A DNA stretch of 56,850 bases from Octopus bimaculoides (lineage: Eukaryota). Location: the NCBI RefSeq assembly GCF_001194135.2, contig NC_068994.1, positions 56,657,691-56,714,540 on the forward strand, read 5' to 3'. The notes below the pieces were generated by a model that saw only the letters and a list, made by a program, of their open reading frames with translations, did not search any database and was not told the origin of the DNA. The position numbers and the translations under genes are program-made. Below, piece by piece: positions 38,801 through 49,861 of this stretch (position 1 is its first letter; each line of letters opens with the position of its first letter).

Positions 38801-39327
38801 AAAAGATAAGTCCATCTATCCATCCATACACACACAAACACACTCACACATGCATACATACATACGTAACAGTGTAAAAATGAAATTCTAATAGAAAACT
38901 CTGAATATTACTTGGGAAGAAAAATACTGGTTAACCTGTTCCAAACAGACATGGAAGGTTACGGCTGTTAAAACTAAACAGCTACTCTAAAAATAATCTA
39001 TATTGTCTTTTACGATACAATATTGCTGTATTGGTTATATTTATAAGATTTCAGATCCAGCAGAAATCTATAGCATTCACAAAAATCTCGCCGTATTAGT
39101 AGCAACTAGCCTGGCGAGTGGGCGGCTAGTAATGTGGTCGCTCAGCCGGCTAGAAATAGCAGCTAAATTTCGTCTTCTAACAAATCATTCTTTGTCTTTC
39201 ACTTGTTTCAGTCATTGGACTGCAGCCATGCTGGGGAACCACAGCGAAGCGTTTTGTTCTGCTGAAGCCTTTTATTCATCCCTTGTTTAAAAACTAAAAG
39301 TTTTATAGACATACATACATACATACA

Positions 39328-39497
39328 GGCGTAGGCGTGGCTGTGTGGTATGAAGCTTACTTCCCAACTACATGCTTCTGGGTTCAGTCTCACTGTGTGG
39401 CACCTTGGGCAAGTGTCTTCTACTATAGCTTTGGGTGGACCAAAGCCTTGTGAATAGAGTTGATGAACAGAAACTGAAATAAGCCCGTCGTATATAT
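39328..39497 (+). mobile_element. SINE family B complete 5' head and core
   Basis: ggcgtaggcgtggctgtgtggtatgaagc...gggttcagtctcactgtgtggcaccttgggcaagtgtc...aagcccgtcgtatata. Confidence 0.9.
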
Positions 39498-39507
39498 GAA
39501 CCAAATT

Positions 39508-39690
39508 ATGAGCATCATATCGTCTGCATGAGCATCATATCGTCTGCATGAGCATCATATCGTCTGCATGAACATCATATCGTCTGCATGAGCATCATAT
39601 AGTTTGCATGAGCATCATATCGTCTGCAATAACAGCTGATTGATCCTACATTCACCGATTGTGATATCACTTCCACAACGTCTGTGCATG
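39508..39690 (-). repeat. 6 x 20-bp tandem repeat (ATGAGCATCATATCGTCTGC) continuous with an RT-motif relic
   Basis: Six units lie at 39508-39627. The adjoining minus-strand sequence reads GSDITIGECRINQLL-(1-nt loss)-ADDMMLM. Confidence 0.85.
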
Positions 39691-39710
39691 TCAATTCAGT
39701 TCATAAATGT

Positions 39711-39944
39711 CTTATTTCTTTACTGCCCACAAGGGGCTACACACAGAGGGGACAAACAAGAACAGACAAATGGATTAAGTCGATTATATCGACCCAGTGC
39801 GTAACTGGTACTTATTTAATCGACCCCGAAAGGATAAAAGGCAAAGTCGACCTCGGCGGAATTTGAACTCAAAACGTTACGGCAGACGAAATACTGCTAA
39901 GCATTTCGCCCGCCGTGCTAGCGTTTCTGCCAGCTCGCCGCCTT
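39711..39944 (-). mobile_element. Near full-length SINE family D (tRNA-like head plus Meta-domain-like core)
   Basis: Minus strand reads aaggcggcgagctggcagaaacgctagc...gagttcaaattcc (B box)...gtcgactttgccttttatcctttcggggtcgattaaataagtaccag. The core resembles the MetaSINE domain from recall. Confidence 0.85.
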
Positions 39945-40011
39945 TAGTTCATACATTTTTATTGGATATATAACAAATTCAAAACCGATCTCATCTGTAT
40001 GCATGTACTTA

Positions 40012-40209
40012 TTACCTTTTACTGGTTTCAGTCATTAGACTGCGGCCATGCTGGGGCACCACATGAAAGGTTTCAGTCGAATAAATCGAACTCTGTACTT
40101 ACTTTCAAACCTGGTATTTATTTTATTGGTCAGTTTTGCCGACCTCTAAATCATACGGTGGTAAACAAGCCAAAACGGGTTGTGAAACGGTTCTAGGGGA
40201 CAATCACAA

Positions 40210-40250
<41 letters not shown>

Positions 40251-40375
40251 ACAGGAATCTTTAAGTTTCCGTCTACTAAATTAACCCATAAAGCTTTCAT
40301 CGGCCCGAGGCTATAGTAGAAGACACTTGCCCAAGGTGCCACGCAGTGGGACTGAACCTAAACCAAGTGGTTGGC
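40012..40375 (-). mobile_element. SINE family B, degenerate near-complete copy
   Basis: tttcagtcattagactgcggccatgctgg...(CA)n...cccgaggctatagtagaagacacttgcccaaggtgccacgcagtgggactgaacc. Confidence 0.88.
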
Positions 40376-41023
40376 CTGTGTTGATATTCATTATCTATGT
40401 CGTCTACTTTTGATATAGTCGTCCTTAGTATCTTCTTCGACACTAGTTTCCACCGTAACCGACATCATCATCACAACCCTNNNNNNNNNNNNNNNNNNNN
40501 NNNNNNNNNNNNNNNNNNNNNNNNNNNNNNNNNNNNNNNNNNNNNNNNNNNNNNNNNNNNNNNNNNNNNNNNNNNNNNNNNNNNNNNNNNNNNNNNNNNN
40601 NNNNNNNNNNNNNNNNNNNNNNNNNNNNNNNNNNNNNNNNNNNNNNNNNNNNNNNNNNNNNNNNNNNNNNNNNNNNNNNNNNNNNNNNNNNNNNNNNNNN
40701 NNNNNNNNNNNNNNNNNNNNNNNNNNNNNNNNNNNNNNNNNNNNNNNNNNNNNNNNNNNNNNNNNNNNNNNNNNNNNNNNNNNNNNNNNNNNNNNNNNNN
40801 NNNNNNNNNNNNNNNNNNNNNNNNNNNNNNNNNNNNNATGCCAAGCGTCTCAAAGTGACTATTGACATTAAATCATTTACTTTGTTGGAGGTAATTTTAA
40901 ATAAAGTTCGGAACTGAAACATGTCTGATCTCTGCAGACGTTCTTAATACTTATTTAAACATCAAACAACTGGCTAACAACTGGAGCTCGCATACGCGCG
41001 CGCGCGCGCACAGCACACACACA

Positions 41024-41059
<36 letters not shown>

Positions 41060-41849
41060 CAAACACACAAACACGTACGCACGCATACACACGCGCGCAT
41101 ACATGTAGGCATTCGTACATAGAGATATACATACGTACATACATAAAGTCATACACATGTGCATATACATATAGCGACATATACGCGTACATACGTACAC
41201 ACATACACACATAGTTACATACATACAAGCATGAGACCTACATGCATACATACAATCATACATACACAAACACACACGTACACTTATCTAAGCACTAACA
41301 TACTTAAATACATGGGAACGTATGTATGTGTGTGTAAATATATACATATTTACATACATATGTGTGTATATATATATAATTATATATATATATATATATG
41401 TATGCATATTTACATACATATGTATATGCAATANNNNNNNNNNACATATATACATACACGCGCGCGCGTATATGACTGAACAAACGAAAGCAAGAAAGAT
41501 TGAATATTTGGTTGGAGTCACAGATATTTAATAACCATTTGTCAAAACTCCAATTTACTTCAAGTTTCGATGGCGTAGGCGAGATCTCTCTCATCAGATG
41601 CACAGAAAGAGGGGAGGGAGAGAAAGAGAGAGAGTGCTTCAAAAGTGTTAATGGAATTTCGAAAGGTTCATAGGTATTTAGGATTTCCGTGGTCTTTTCA
41701 TTTCACGTGATTGTTTTTGCTATTGTAGCGACATCAGCCACTTTATTGTTAGGTTCGCATGGTGGAACATGCAGGAAGCTGGCATCGATCGCTTTGCCAG
41801 TATTCTTTTGCAGATTGTGGTATATATCTGATTTGTCGTCGTTAAGGGT

Positions 41850-42100
41850 CCAGCACGTTTCTGAGTGCTTGACTCTTAATCTGTGCCATATTTTAATCTG
41901 TTCCATAACTCGAAGCGTTCCATATCAGATTACTCAAAAGTGTCCTCGATCTCCCGTAGCAGGACAATGTGCTTCATACCGAAACCCCACTGAGGTCTGG
42001 GATCTACAGTGTTGAGGCCTGCATCCTTCCTCGTCTTCTCCGCTGGGTTGGCTATGCGATTCGGGTGTCGGGTAACTGACTGCCAAAGATACGAGGCTGA
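41850..42100 (+). mobile_element. RTE-like LINE relic
   Basis: SVEACILPRLLRWVGYAIRVSGN*LPKI resembles the RTE SIE..L...RLRW.GHV.RM...RLPK motif. Confidence 0.65.
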
Positions 42101-44365
42101 GTATTAGCTATTTTCTACATCCATAAATTCTTACATGCACACAAGACTTTGTGTTCAAGAAATCTGGCTGCATATTTGTAAACCCTAAATCTTAGCCCCC
42201 ACAAAACTTACGCCTGTCTGGTGTGAAAGCAGCTCAAATTCTGTTATTTATGCAAGAACTCAATTCCCCTTCCTCCTAAAATTGAAGAATTTTCGTCACC
42301 AGTTGAACAGAAAATCCAATATATCACAAACTGTAATGGGTCTCTTGACCAGATACGCTTTGGATACATTACTCACGGGTCAACTTGACCACTTTCAACC
42401 ATGGTTAATAAACAAAGAGTAATAAAAATATTATTATCCCTTTTATATTCATTTTATACAAAATATTTATTGAAAGTAACTCGAGATTCTCTTAGATCTG
42501 TCTTTTATGAGTCTCGCATCACTCACTCGCTAAATATTCCATTACTTATTAAGGCGAATGGAGTGACGGAATCAGTAAAGGATTGTATTAAATGCTTTCT
42601 GGCGGTGATTAGCTTATTGTTCTGTTTGTAGTCTAAGTTCAGCAGGTGCATAGAAACACTCCCTTATTTATTTATTTATTTATTTATGGAAGCCTTTTGG
42701 ATTTATTCCAATTTAGTTAGGAGCTTAGTACTACGAGTGGATCATAGCTGGAGACAATAATCCAGGCGACTGATCATAATTACATTCCTCAAAACAAGCA
42801 TGACCTCTTGTCTCCTGTATTATCAGAATCCATCCTGCCAGGTTTTAGAATTCCTTATTCCATTATTTATAAAGATAATTTATTTATGTATAAATTTATT
42901 TGTGTATTTATTTATTATTATCATTTTTACTTTTTTTGTTCTTCATAGGGTTACTCTCTTCCAAGGAAGAAGTGCAGACTATAATCTCGATTCCGTTCAA
43001 TTTTATCGATTGTGGGAGAAAGGAAAGTAGGAAGGATAGAAGCAAAGAAACCGGAATCGACTTCAGTTGGATCAAAATTTCGTACTATACAGACAGAAAA
43101 CTAAACATTTATGTAGTCTGACAGGACTCTATTATTTCTGTCACCTGTATTACTTATTTATAAGCAAGAGTAGTACCTGTCAAAACTGACGGGGTTTATT
43201 TGAGCTTAGAATAAATTATGCTGGTATACGGTATGTGTGAATGAGTAAGATGAGTACCCCCGCATTAATTTATGTGGAGGGATGTTGGTAAAAGTAGGTA
43301 AGACAGGAAAAGGAAAAAGAGAACGATGTATATGGTCAATGTGAAACGGTAAGGTGAAGTCTCTCTCTCTCTCTCTACCTCTCTCCCTTTTACATAAATA
43401 TTCATCTTGTCACACTAACTTGATATCAATTTATCAACTAATCACTCACACACACACACAAACAAACAAACAGACACACACATATTCCCCTCCCTCCCTC
43501 ACTGTCTATGTCTATCTTACTGTTTACACTATAGCACGAGCACACAAACATACATACACGCACACAGATACACGTATATATATATATATATATATATATA
43601 TNNNNNNNNNNNNNNNNNNNNNNNNNNNNNNNNNNNNNNNNNNNNNNNNNNNNNNNNNNNNNNNNNNNNNNNNNNNNNNNNNNNNNNNNNNNNNNNNNNN
43701 NNNNNNNNNNNNNNNNNNNNNNNNNNNNNNNNNNNNNNNNNNNNNNNNNNNNNNNNNNNNNNNNNNNNNNNNNNNNNNNNNNNNNNNNNNNNNNNNNNNN
43801 NNNNNNNNNNNNNNNNNNNNNNNNNNNNNNNNNNNNNNNNNNNNNNNNNNNNNNNNNNNNNNNNNNNNNNNNNNNNNNNNNNNNNNNNNNNNNNNNNNNN
43901 NNNNNNNNNNNNNNNNNNNNNNNNNNNNNNNNNNNNNNNNNNNNNNNNNNNNNNNNNNNNNNNNNNNNNNNNNNNNNNNNNNNNNNNNNNNNNNNNNNNN
44001 NNNNNNNNNNNNNNNNNNNNNNNNNNNNNNNNNNNNNNNNNNNNNNNNNNNNNNNNNNNNNNNNNNNNNNNNNNNNNNNNNNNNNNNNNNNNNNNNNNNN
44101 NNNNNNNNNNNNNNNNNNNNNNNNNNNNNNNNNNNNNNNNNNNNNNNNNNNNNNNNNNNNNNNNNNNNNNNNNNNNNNNNNNNNNNNNNNNNNNNNNNNN
44201 NNNNNNNNNNNNNNNNNNNNNNNNNNNNNNNNNNNNNNNNNNNNNNNNNNNNNNNNNNNNNNNNNNNNNNNNNNNNNNNNNNNNNNNNNNNNNNNNNNNN
44301 NNNNNNNNNNNNNNNNNNNNNNNNNNNNNNNNNNNNNNNNNNNNNNNNNNNNNNNNNNNNNNNNN

Positions 44366-44680
44366 TTTTGCTCATAGCAGCGTCCTTATGAGCTGTTTGA
44401 AGCATGACTAATATTTTGGCCGCCGTTTCCCCCAGCCGAAAACAGAACTTCACGGAAGCACGTGGTTCTTTCGTTTCAGCCATCGCAAAAACCGATGAGC
44501 AGGGGAGAAGCACTGCAAAACAAAGACGCACCAGGTGGCAGCACGATATCACTCAACGACGCCGTTCAGCAAACTGATGCCTGAGGGTCGCATCAAGCGG
44601 CTTCTAGCGGCGGAAGCCTGAACTACAACAGATTTGTCCCACAGAGTACGTTCCGGTTACTTTACGGTACTCCTCGTATA
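44366..44680 (-). mobile_element. Mariner transposon 5' end (TIR plus transposase start), remainder in N gap
   Basis: TA-flanked tacgaggagtaccgtaaagtaaccggaac terminus. ATG at 44483 gives MAETKEPRASVKFCFRLGETAAKILVMLQTAHKDAAMSK, the mariner QR..IKFC..LG.TA N-terminus. Confidence 0.85.
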
Positions 44681-44699
44681 TGTATATGGGTGTTTTGCT

Positions 44700-44941
44700 T
44701 ATCATCCTTAAACAAACCTTCTTCAGGGACCTTTTGAGCGGGATGGGCGACACGAACTGAAGAAAATTCTAACCGCGCCCCACCTGCAAGGTCATGCGTT
44801 GTTTATTTTGATATGAGGTCACCATGTCGCGCACATATGGTTGTGATGCATGTGCCTGGTGTTTCCTTATAAGGTGGGCACACTGGGCTTCGTATATTTT
44901 ACCCCAGTGTCAATTTGTTGGCATGCACTACTCTCTCACTC

Positions 44942-44997
<56 letters not shown>
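44700..44997 (+). mobile_element. Probable retroelement 3' UTR ending in (AAT)n
   Basis: Non-simple sequence ends ...ggcatgcactactctctcactc directly into (AAT)n at 44942-44997. Family assignment is from recall only. Confidence 0.35.
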
Positions 44998-44998
<1 letters not shown>

Positions 44999-45305
44999 CC
45001 TTTCTACTATAGGCACTAGACGCGAAATTTTGTGAGAGAGGGGCAGCCGATTAGATCGACCCCAAGAAGCAACTGGTACTTAATTTATCGGCCCCAAAAG
45101 GGTGAAAGGCAAAGTCGACCTCAACGGAATCTGAACTCAGAATGTAGCGACGGCCAAAATACAGCTAGGCTTCAAATCTTGGCACAAGGCCAGCAATTTC
45201 GGGGAAGGGGATAAGTCGAGTACATCAACCCCAGTACGCAACTGGTACTTAATATATCGACCCCGAAACAATGAAAGGCAGAGTCGATCTCGGCGAAATT
45301 TCAAC
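44998..45305 (-). mobile_element. Two tandem SINE family D partial copies following (AAT)n
   Basis: aactggtacttaat(t/a)tatcg(g/a)cccc...gaaaggca(a/g)agtcga(c/t)ctc occurs twice (45071-45125 and 45240-45295). Confidence 0.85.
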
Positions 45306-46057
45306 GTGATAATATATACACACACTTTCAAACATACGCGCAAGCACACACACACGCAAGCATTCGCGCGTGCGCGCGGTTGTGTAAACTAAAAAGAAAG
45401 AAAGGAAGGAAGAAGGAGACGAAGGAAGTGTTTGACTACTTTAAACGTTTAGAAATATGTCGGCTGGAATAAGTTTGCTTCGTATAAAAAGCGTCAATCT
45501 GGAAGTCTATGTTTAATGCTCTGTCGTAATGTTGTGTATGTTCTGTTATGTACGTTATGCGATGTTATGAACAGACAGAGGCGAGTCTAAGTAATGGCAA
45601 ATAGCTAAGACATTGTCTGGCACTCCAAAGACATAAGAAGATCAATCAATTCTCTGGCTGAAATGAAAAAAGCTGGATTGTATGTGAACAATCAACGCAT
45701 GCTAGACAGACAGACGTAACAGACGAATGCGATTGGTTAAGTCCATAATGAAACAAAGCGAAACAAAACAAAGGAAAAACTGGAATACGGAAAGCGGAAA
45801 ACGAAGACGAAAAGCTAACTAAGATACTAACAGAGCTACAGAACTNNNNNNNNNNATATATATGACAATAACAACTTCAGGAGTAATAACAACAATAATA
45901 ATAGTAATAGATGTGTTTGGAAAATTATGGGAGGCTATAGTGAAAGAGATAATATTGGATTAAATGAATGAGCTGACGTTGGTTAATGACTCAAGATAAT
46001 CATGTATATAAAAGTATTAACCTCGGATCAAATAGGGTTATATATGTACGTATGTGC

Positions 46058-46095
<38 letters not shown>

Positions 46096-46419
46096 AGAAG
46101 GAATAAAGTTATAAGTGAATAAACATAAGCAAGCTTTGCTTAGTTAGTTAGAGGCCATGGTTGCAATGTCTGTTAATAGAAAACCAATATATGATGCCAG
46201 AGATACACATACTATTAATATATATATGTATGTATATGTGTGTGTGTGCGTATGATATATATATATATATATTATATATGTGTGGATGTGTGTGTACATT
46301 GCGAAGAAGACAGAGCATAGGCTGAGACAGAAAAACAGATTAAGATAGTGTTATTGAAGAAAGATAAAGACAAAAAAAGAGAAAACCGCACAGAATGTAT
46401 ACGCGTGCACACATACACA

Positions 46420-46458
<39 letters not shown>

Positions 46459-47771
46459 CCACAACTGGGGGTAATTACGCTGAGGACTGAGTCAAAATGT
46501 CCACCGAAGAAAGAAGCTCTTGTGATCTTCGTCAGGACGGTCTTCTCTTCCAATTCTCTGCTCTTTCTTGATTTCTTTCTAACACACACGTGCAACTATG
46601 CGTTGTTATTCATTACGTTTCTTGCATACATTTTGACTTTAGAATTACAGTTTCTTTTCGTCTTAATCTTTTATCTCTAAATTGCATTGTCTTGGAATAC
46701 TGTTAATGAAGTTTTTGAAATATATTTACTGAAACGCATGCTTCCTCTGTTCACTTGTAGATGAAGAACCGTACTGGATATCTTAATATCAGCCGCATAA
46801 TAGAGTTAAATCTATTGTCTCTCTCTCCAGTAACTCTCTTGTCAACTTAACTTTGATAAAGGACGTCTCTCCGAAACGTTGGATTTTCCTCTCCCAATAA
46901 CAGGTTCACTGTACTATTTCTGTCGATTTTACTATATGTATACCTATACACATGCATACGTACATATGTGTGTATGTATGTGCGTGTGTGTATATGTGTG
47001 TACGTGTGTGTACGTGTGTGTATGTGTGCGTGTGCGTGTATTTGTGTGCGTGTGTGAGTGTGAGTGTGTGTGTGTGTCTAGTACCAACGTAATTGCTTTC
47101 TATTGCGGTTTACAACATCATCGTAACAGACAGTTTTGTGTATTTCATTCTGTCAGACATAGCGTCTCTTGGAAGAAGTTATCCAATGTGTTCTTCCCTT
47201 TCTTAAGACAAATGAAAGTGATTCGATGAAGACTTGACTACCATTTCTACCAGACCAAGCGGTACATAGTGGCCCCGTTATTGACTCGTGCATCTGCGTG
47301 GCTGTGTATACCAATGTATATCCATAGCCCAAAACTGTTTATACATTATGTATGCATTTATGAAATCTCTATATAAAATCAATATCCAAGTTGAAATCTT
47401 TATTCATTGATTTCATTCATTTATTCATTTATTTATTTATTTAGTTATTCCGGTATTGTCCATTCTTAGTTAATGTGACATTAAAACTATCGATCTATCG
47501 ATCAGCTACTTTTCATTGGTGAATACAACCATCTGACCAAAGGTAATTTGACAGTCGATGTGCCAATATGAGAAATTGCATCAGAGAGCATTGTCTGATG
47601 GCTGTACTTGATGTTATAGACGACTGATAATCGATACATCTTGGTCCCCTTATGCATTTGATGGTAAACGCGGTTGGGAATCGATATGTCTTGGGCCCTC
47701 TTACAATAATCTTTTGTCAGATCTTTCGAAACTTTCAAAATTATTGCTAGTTTTCTCCGTAGCAAATTCCG

Positions 47772-47853
<82 letters not shown>

Positions 47854-48181
47854 CATACACTCATATATTCACACGCACATATACCGGCAAACGTACTTCA
47901 GGACATAAATTTCTACAATGTGTATGTGCTTGCATGTTTATATATGAGCGTATGAGTATATATGTTTGCATGTATGTATATATGTATTTTTGTTTGTGTG
48001 TTTATTCGTATATAAGGTAAATGGACATATATATAATCCGAACCACAGTCTCGTTCAAACAATCATTTCTTCGATTCTACACCGCATCAGATGGTTTAGA
48101 AAGCATGGCTCACAACCTTCGATTGACCACAAAATCATTGACGCAGTTACTGTTTATCATGAATTACGAAAGTCTGTTTTG

Positions 48182-48371
48182 AAGTTCACAAGAAAGAATT
48201 TAACCATGTTTGGGCAGGTTGAAATAAGTTCGTTTCTATTGGTTATGACTGGAGTCAAGCAACGACTAATATCAAGTTCAGAAGAAGGAATTTAGCCATG
48301 TATGGGCAGGTTGAGATAAAATCATTTCTATTGGTTAGCACTGGAGTCAAGCAAAGATTGATATGAAGTTT
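48182..48371. repeat. 92-bp tandem duplication (about 85% identical by hand count)
   Basis: Copies start at 48182 and 48274, and a third start aagttt is at 48366. Confidence 0.9.
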
Positions 48372-49792
48372 CTCTATAAAACATAGGTCACAATGCTTTA
48401 CACACTTTTAAACACACTGGAAACTTTTCTCTTATATCATATACACTGCTGGGAGTTTTACCGCTTTATCGCTTGATTTCGCAATATATTTTGAAGGTGT
48501 TGTAACGTTGCATACATTGGTTCTGTCTTCTCATAACAACCAGCCATTGGTCGTTAAAATGGCAGCAACCGTACCGTACACAATTCAACACCATATTTCC
48601 GCATCCGTTCACTTCTTTTTGAAGCGAAAGAGGGTAATTTGTTTTTATTTTATTTTTATTCGATGCATACAACACTTTTTACTGTATGAATTTGAAAGAA
48701 CAAAATAAGAAGGGCATTAATCTACTTTGTATGTATTTAATAAGTTATTTTATTAAACTCTGGTAGATTCACTCAGATCTATTCAACACAGTTGGTGGAC
48801 TGATTTTTAAAGGAAAATTATATTTGTATTAATGGTGTGTTCAATTAAAACCTAATGTTATTTACATTCAAAGATCTGTGTAGTTTAAGAAATCGGATAA
48901 GATGAAAGGTGAAGGGTTAAAGTGAATAAAGTTATATAAAAAAGAAAACCACTTTAATCTGTCTAACCTTCATACTTCATCTTATCTGATTTCTATAACT
49001 GCATACAACTTTCACTGTAAATAACATTATAAAAGAACTGAACAGGCTATTGATACAAATATAATGTTACCCTTTAAATACATAAGTTCAACAACAGTAC
49101 CGAAGATATTTGGATGAGTCGAAACGCGTCTGTAGTTTAATAAAATAACTCTTTAAACACATATAAAGTAGATTAATGTTGTCGTTATTTGTTTTTTTCA
49201 GCTTATGGAATAAATAAGAGTAATAGATGAAAAAATAAAATAACATTAACGACCACCGCTTTACAAAAACTCGACAAAACCAGATGCGTGTGTGTGTGTG
49301 TGTGTAAACAAATATTAACCGCAGGAACAAACAAAACAGTACTGAATACAATGAAACAGCGTATTAATTTAGTTTGGTCGGTTGCGAAAGACACTGGCAA
49401 CTACTAAGAAAGAGCTTCCATACGTGAGATTCCCGACACTTCTTTACGTAATGCATTATCATATCGTCTCACACACACACACGTATATATATATATATAT
49501 ACACACACACATCGACAAACGCATACACATATATATGCACACATGCATATATAAACAGAGAGAGAGTGACTGGTGTAGATTAAGATGAATACTCTTGATA
49601 CATATAAATATACGAACATATAAGCATGTATACATATACATATATAGATACACAGACACGCACAAACACATATATACTTGTAGATAGATACATATAACTA
49701 CATATACTCAGAAGATAAACACACATACATAAACATATACATACACATATACGCACACTCATATACATACAGACACACAGAGATAGACAGAG

Positions 49793-49861
<69 letters not shown>

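Noticed and set aside
39508-39627. CRISPR-like appearance of regular short repeats
   Set aside because: The units are directly adjacent with no spacers, there are no cas genes, and the context is eukaryotic.
48559-48633. Possible first exon MAATVPYTIQHHISASVHFFLKRKR|gtaatt, and similarly MENDLYSSQPK-G|gtagga at 56524-56557
   Set aside because: An ATG plus a moderate donor is expected by chance in 57 kb. There is no recognisable homology and no partner exon.
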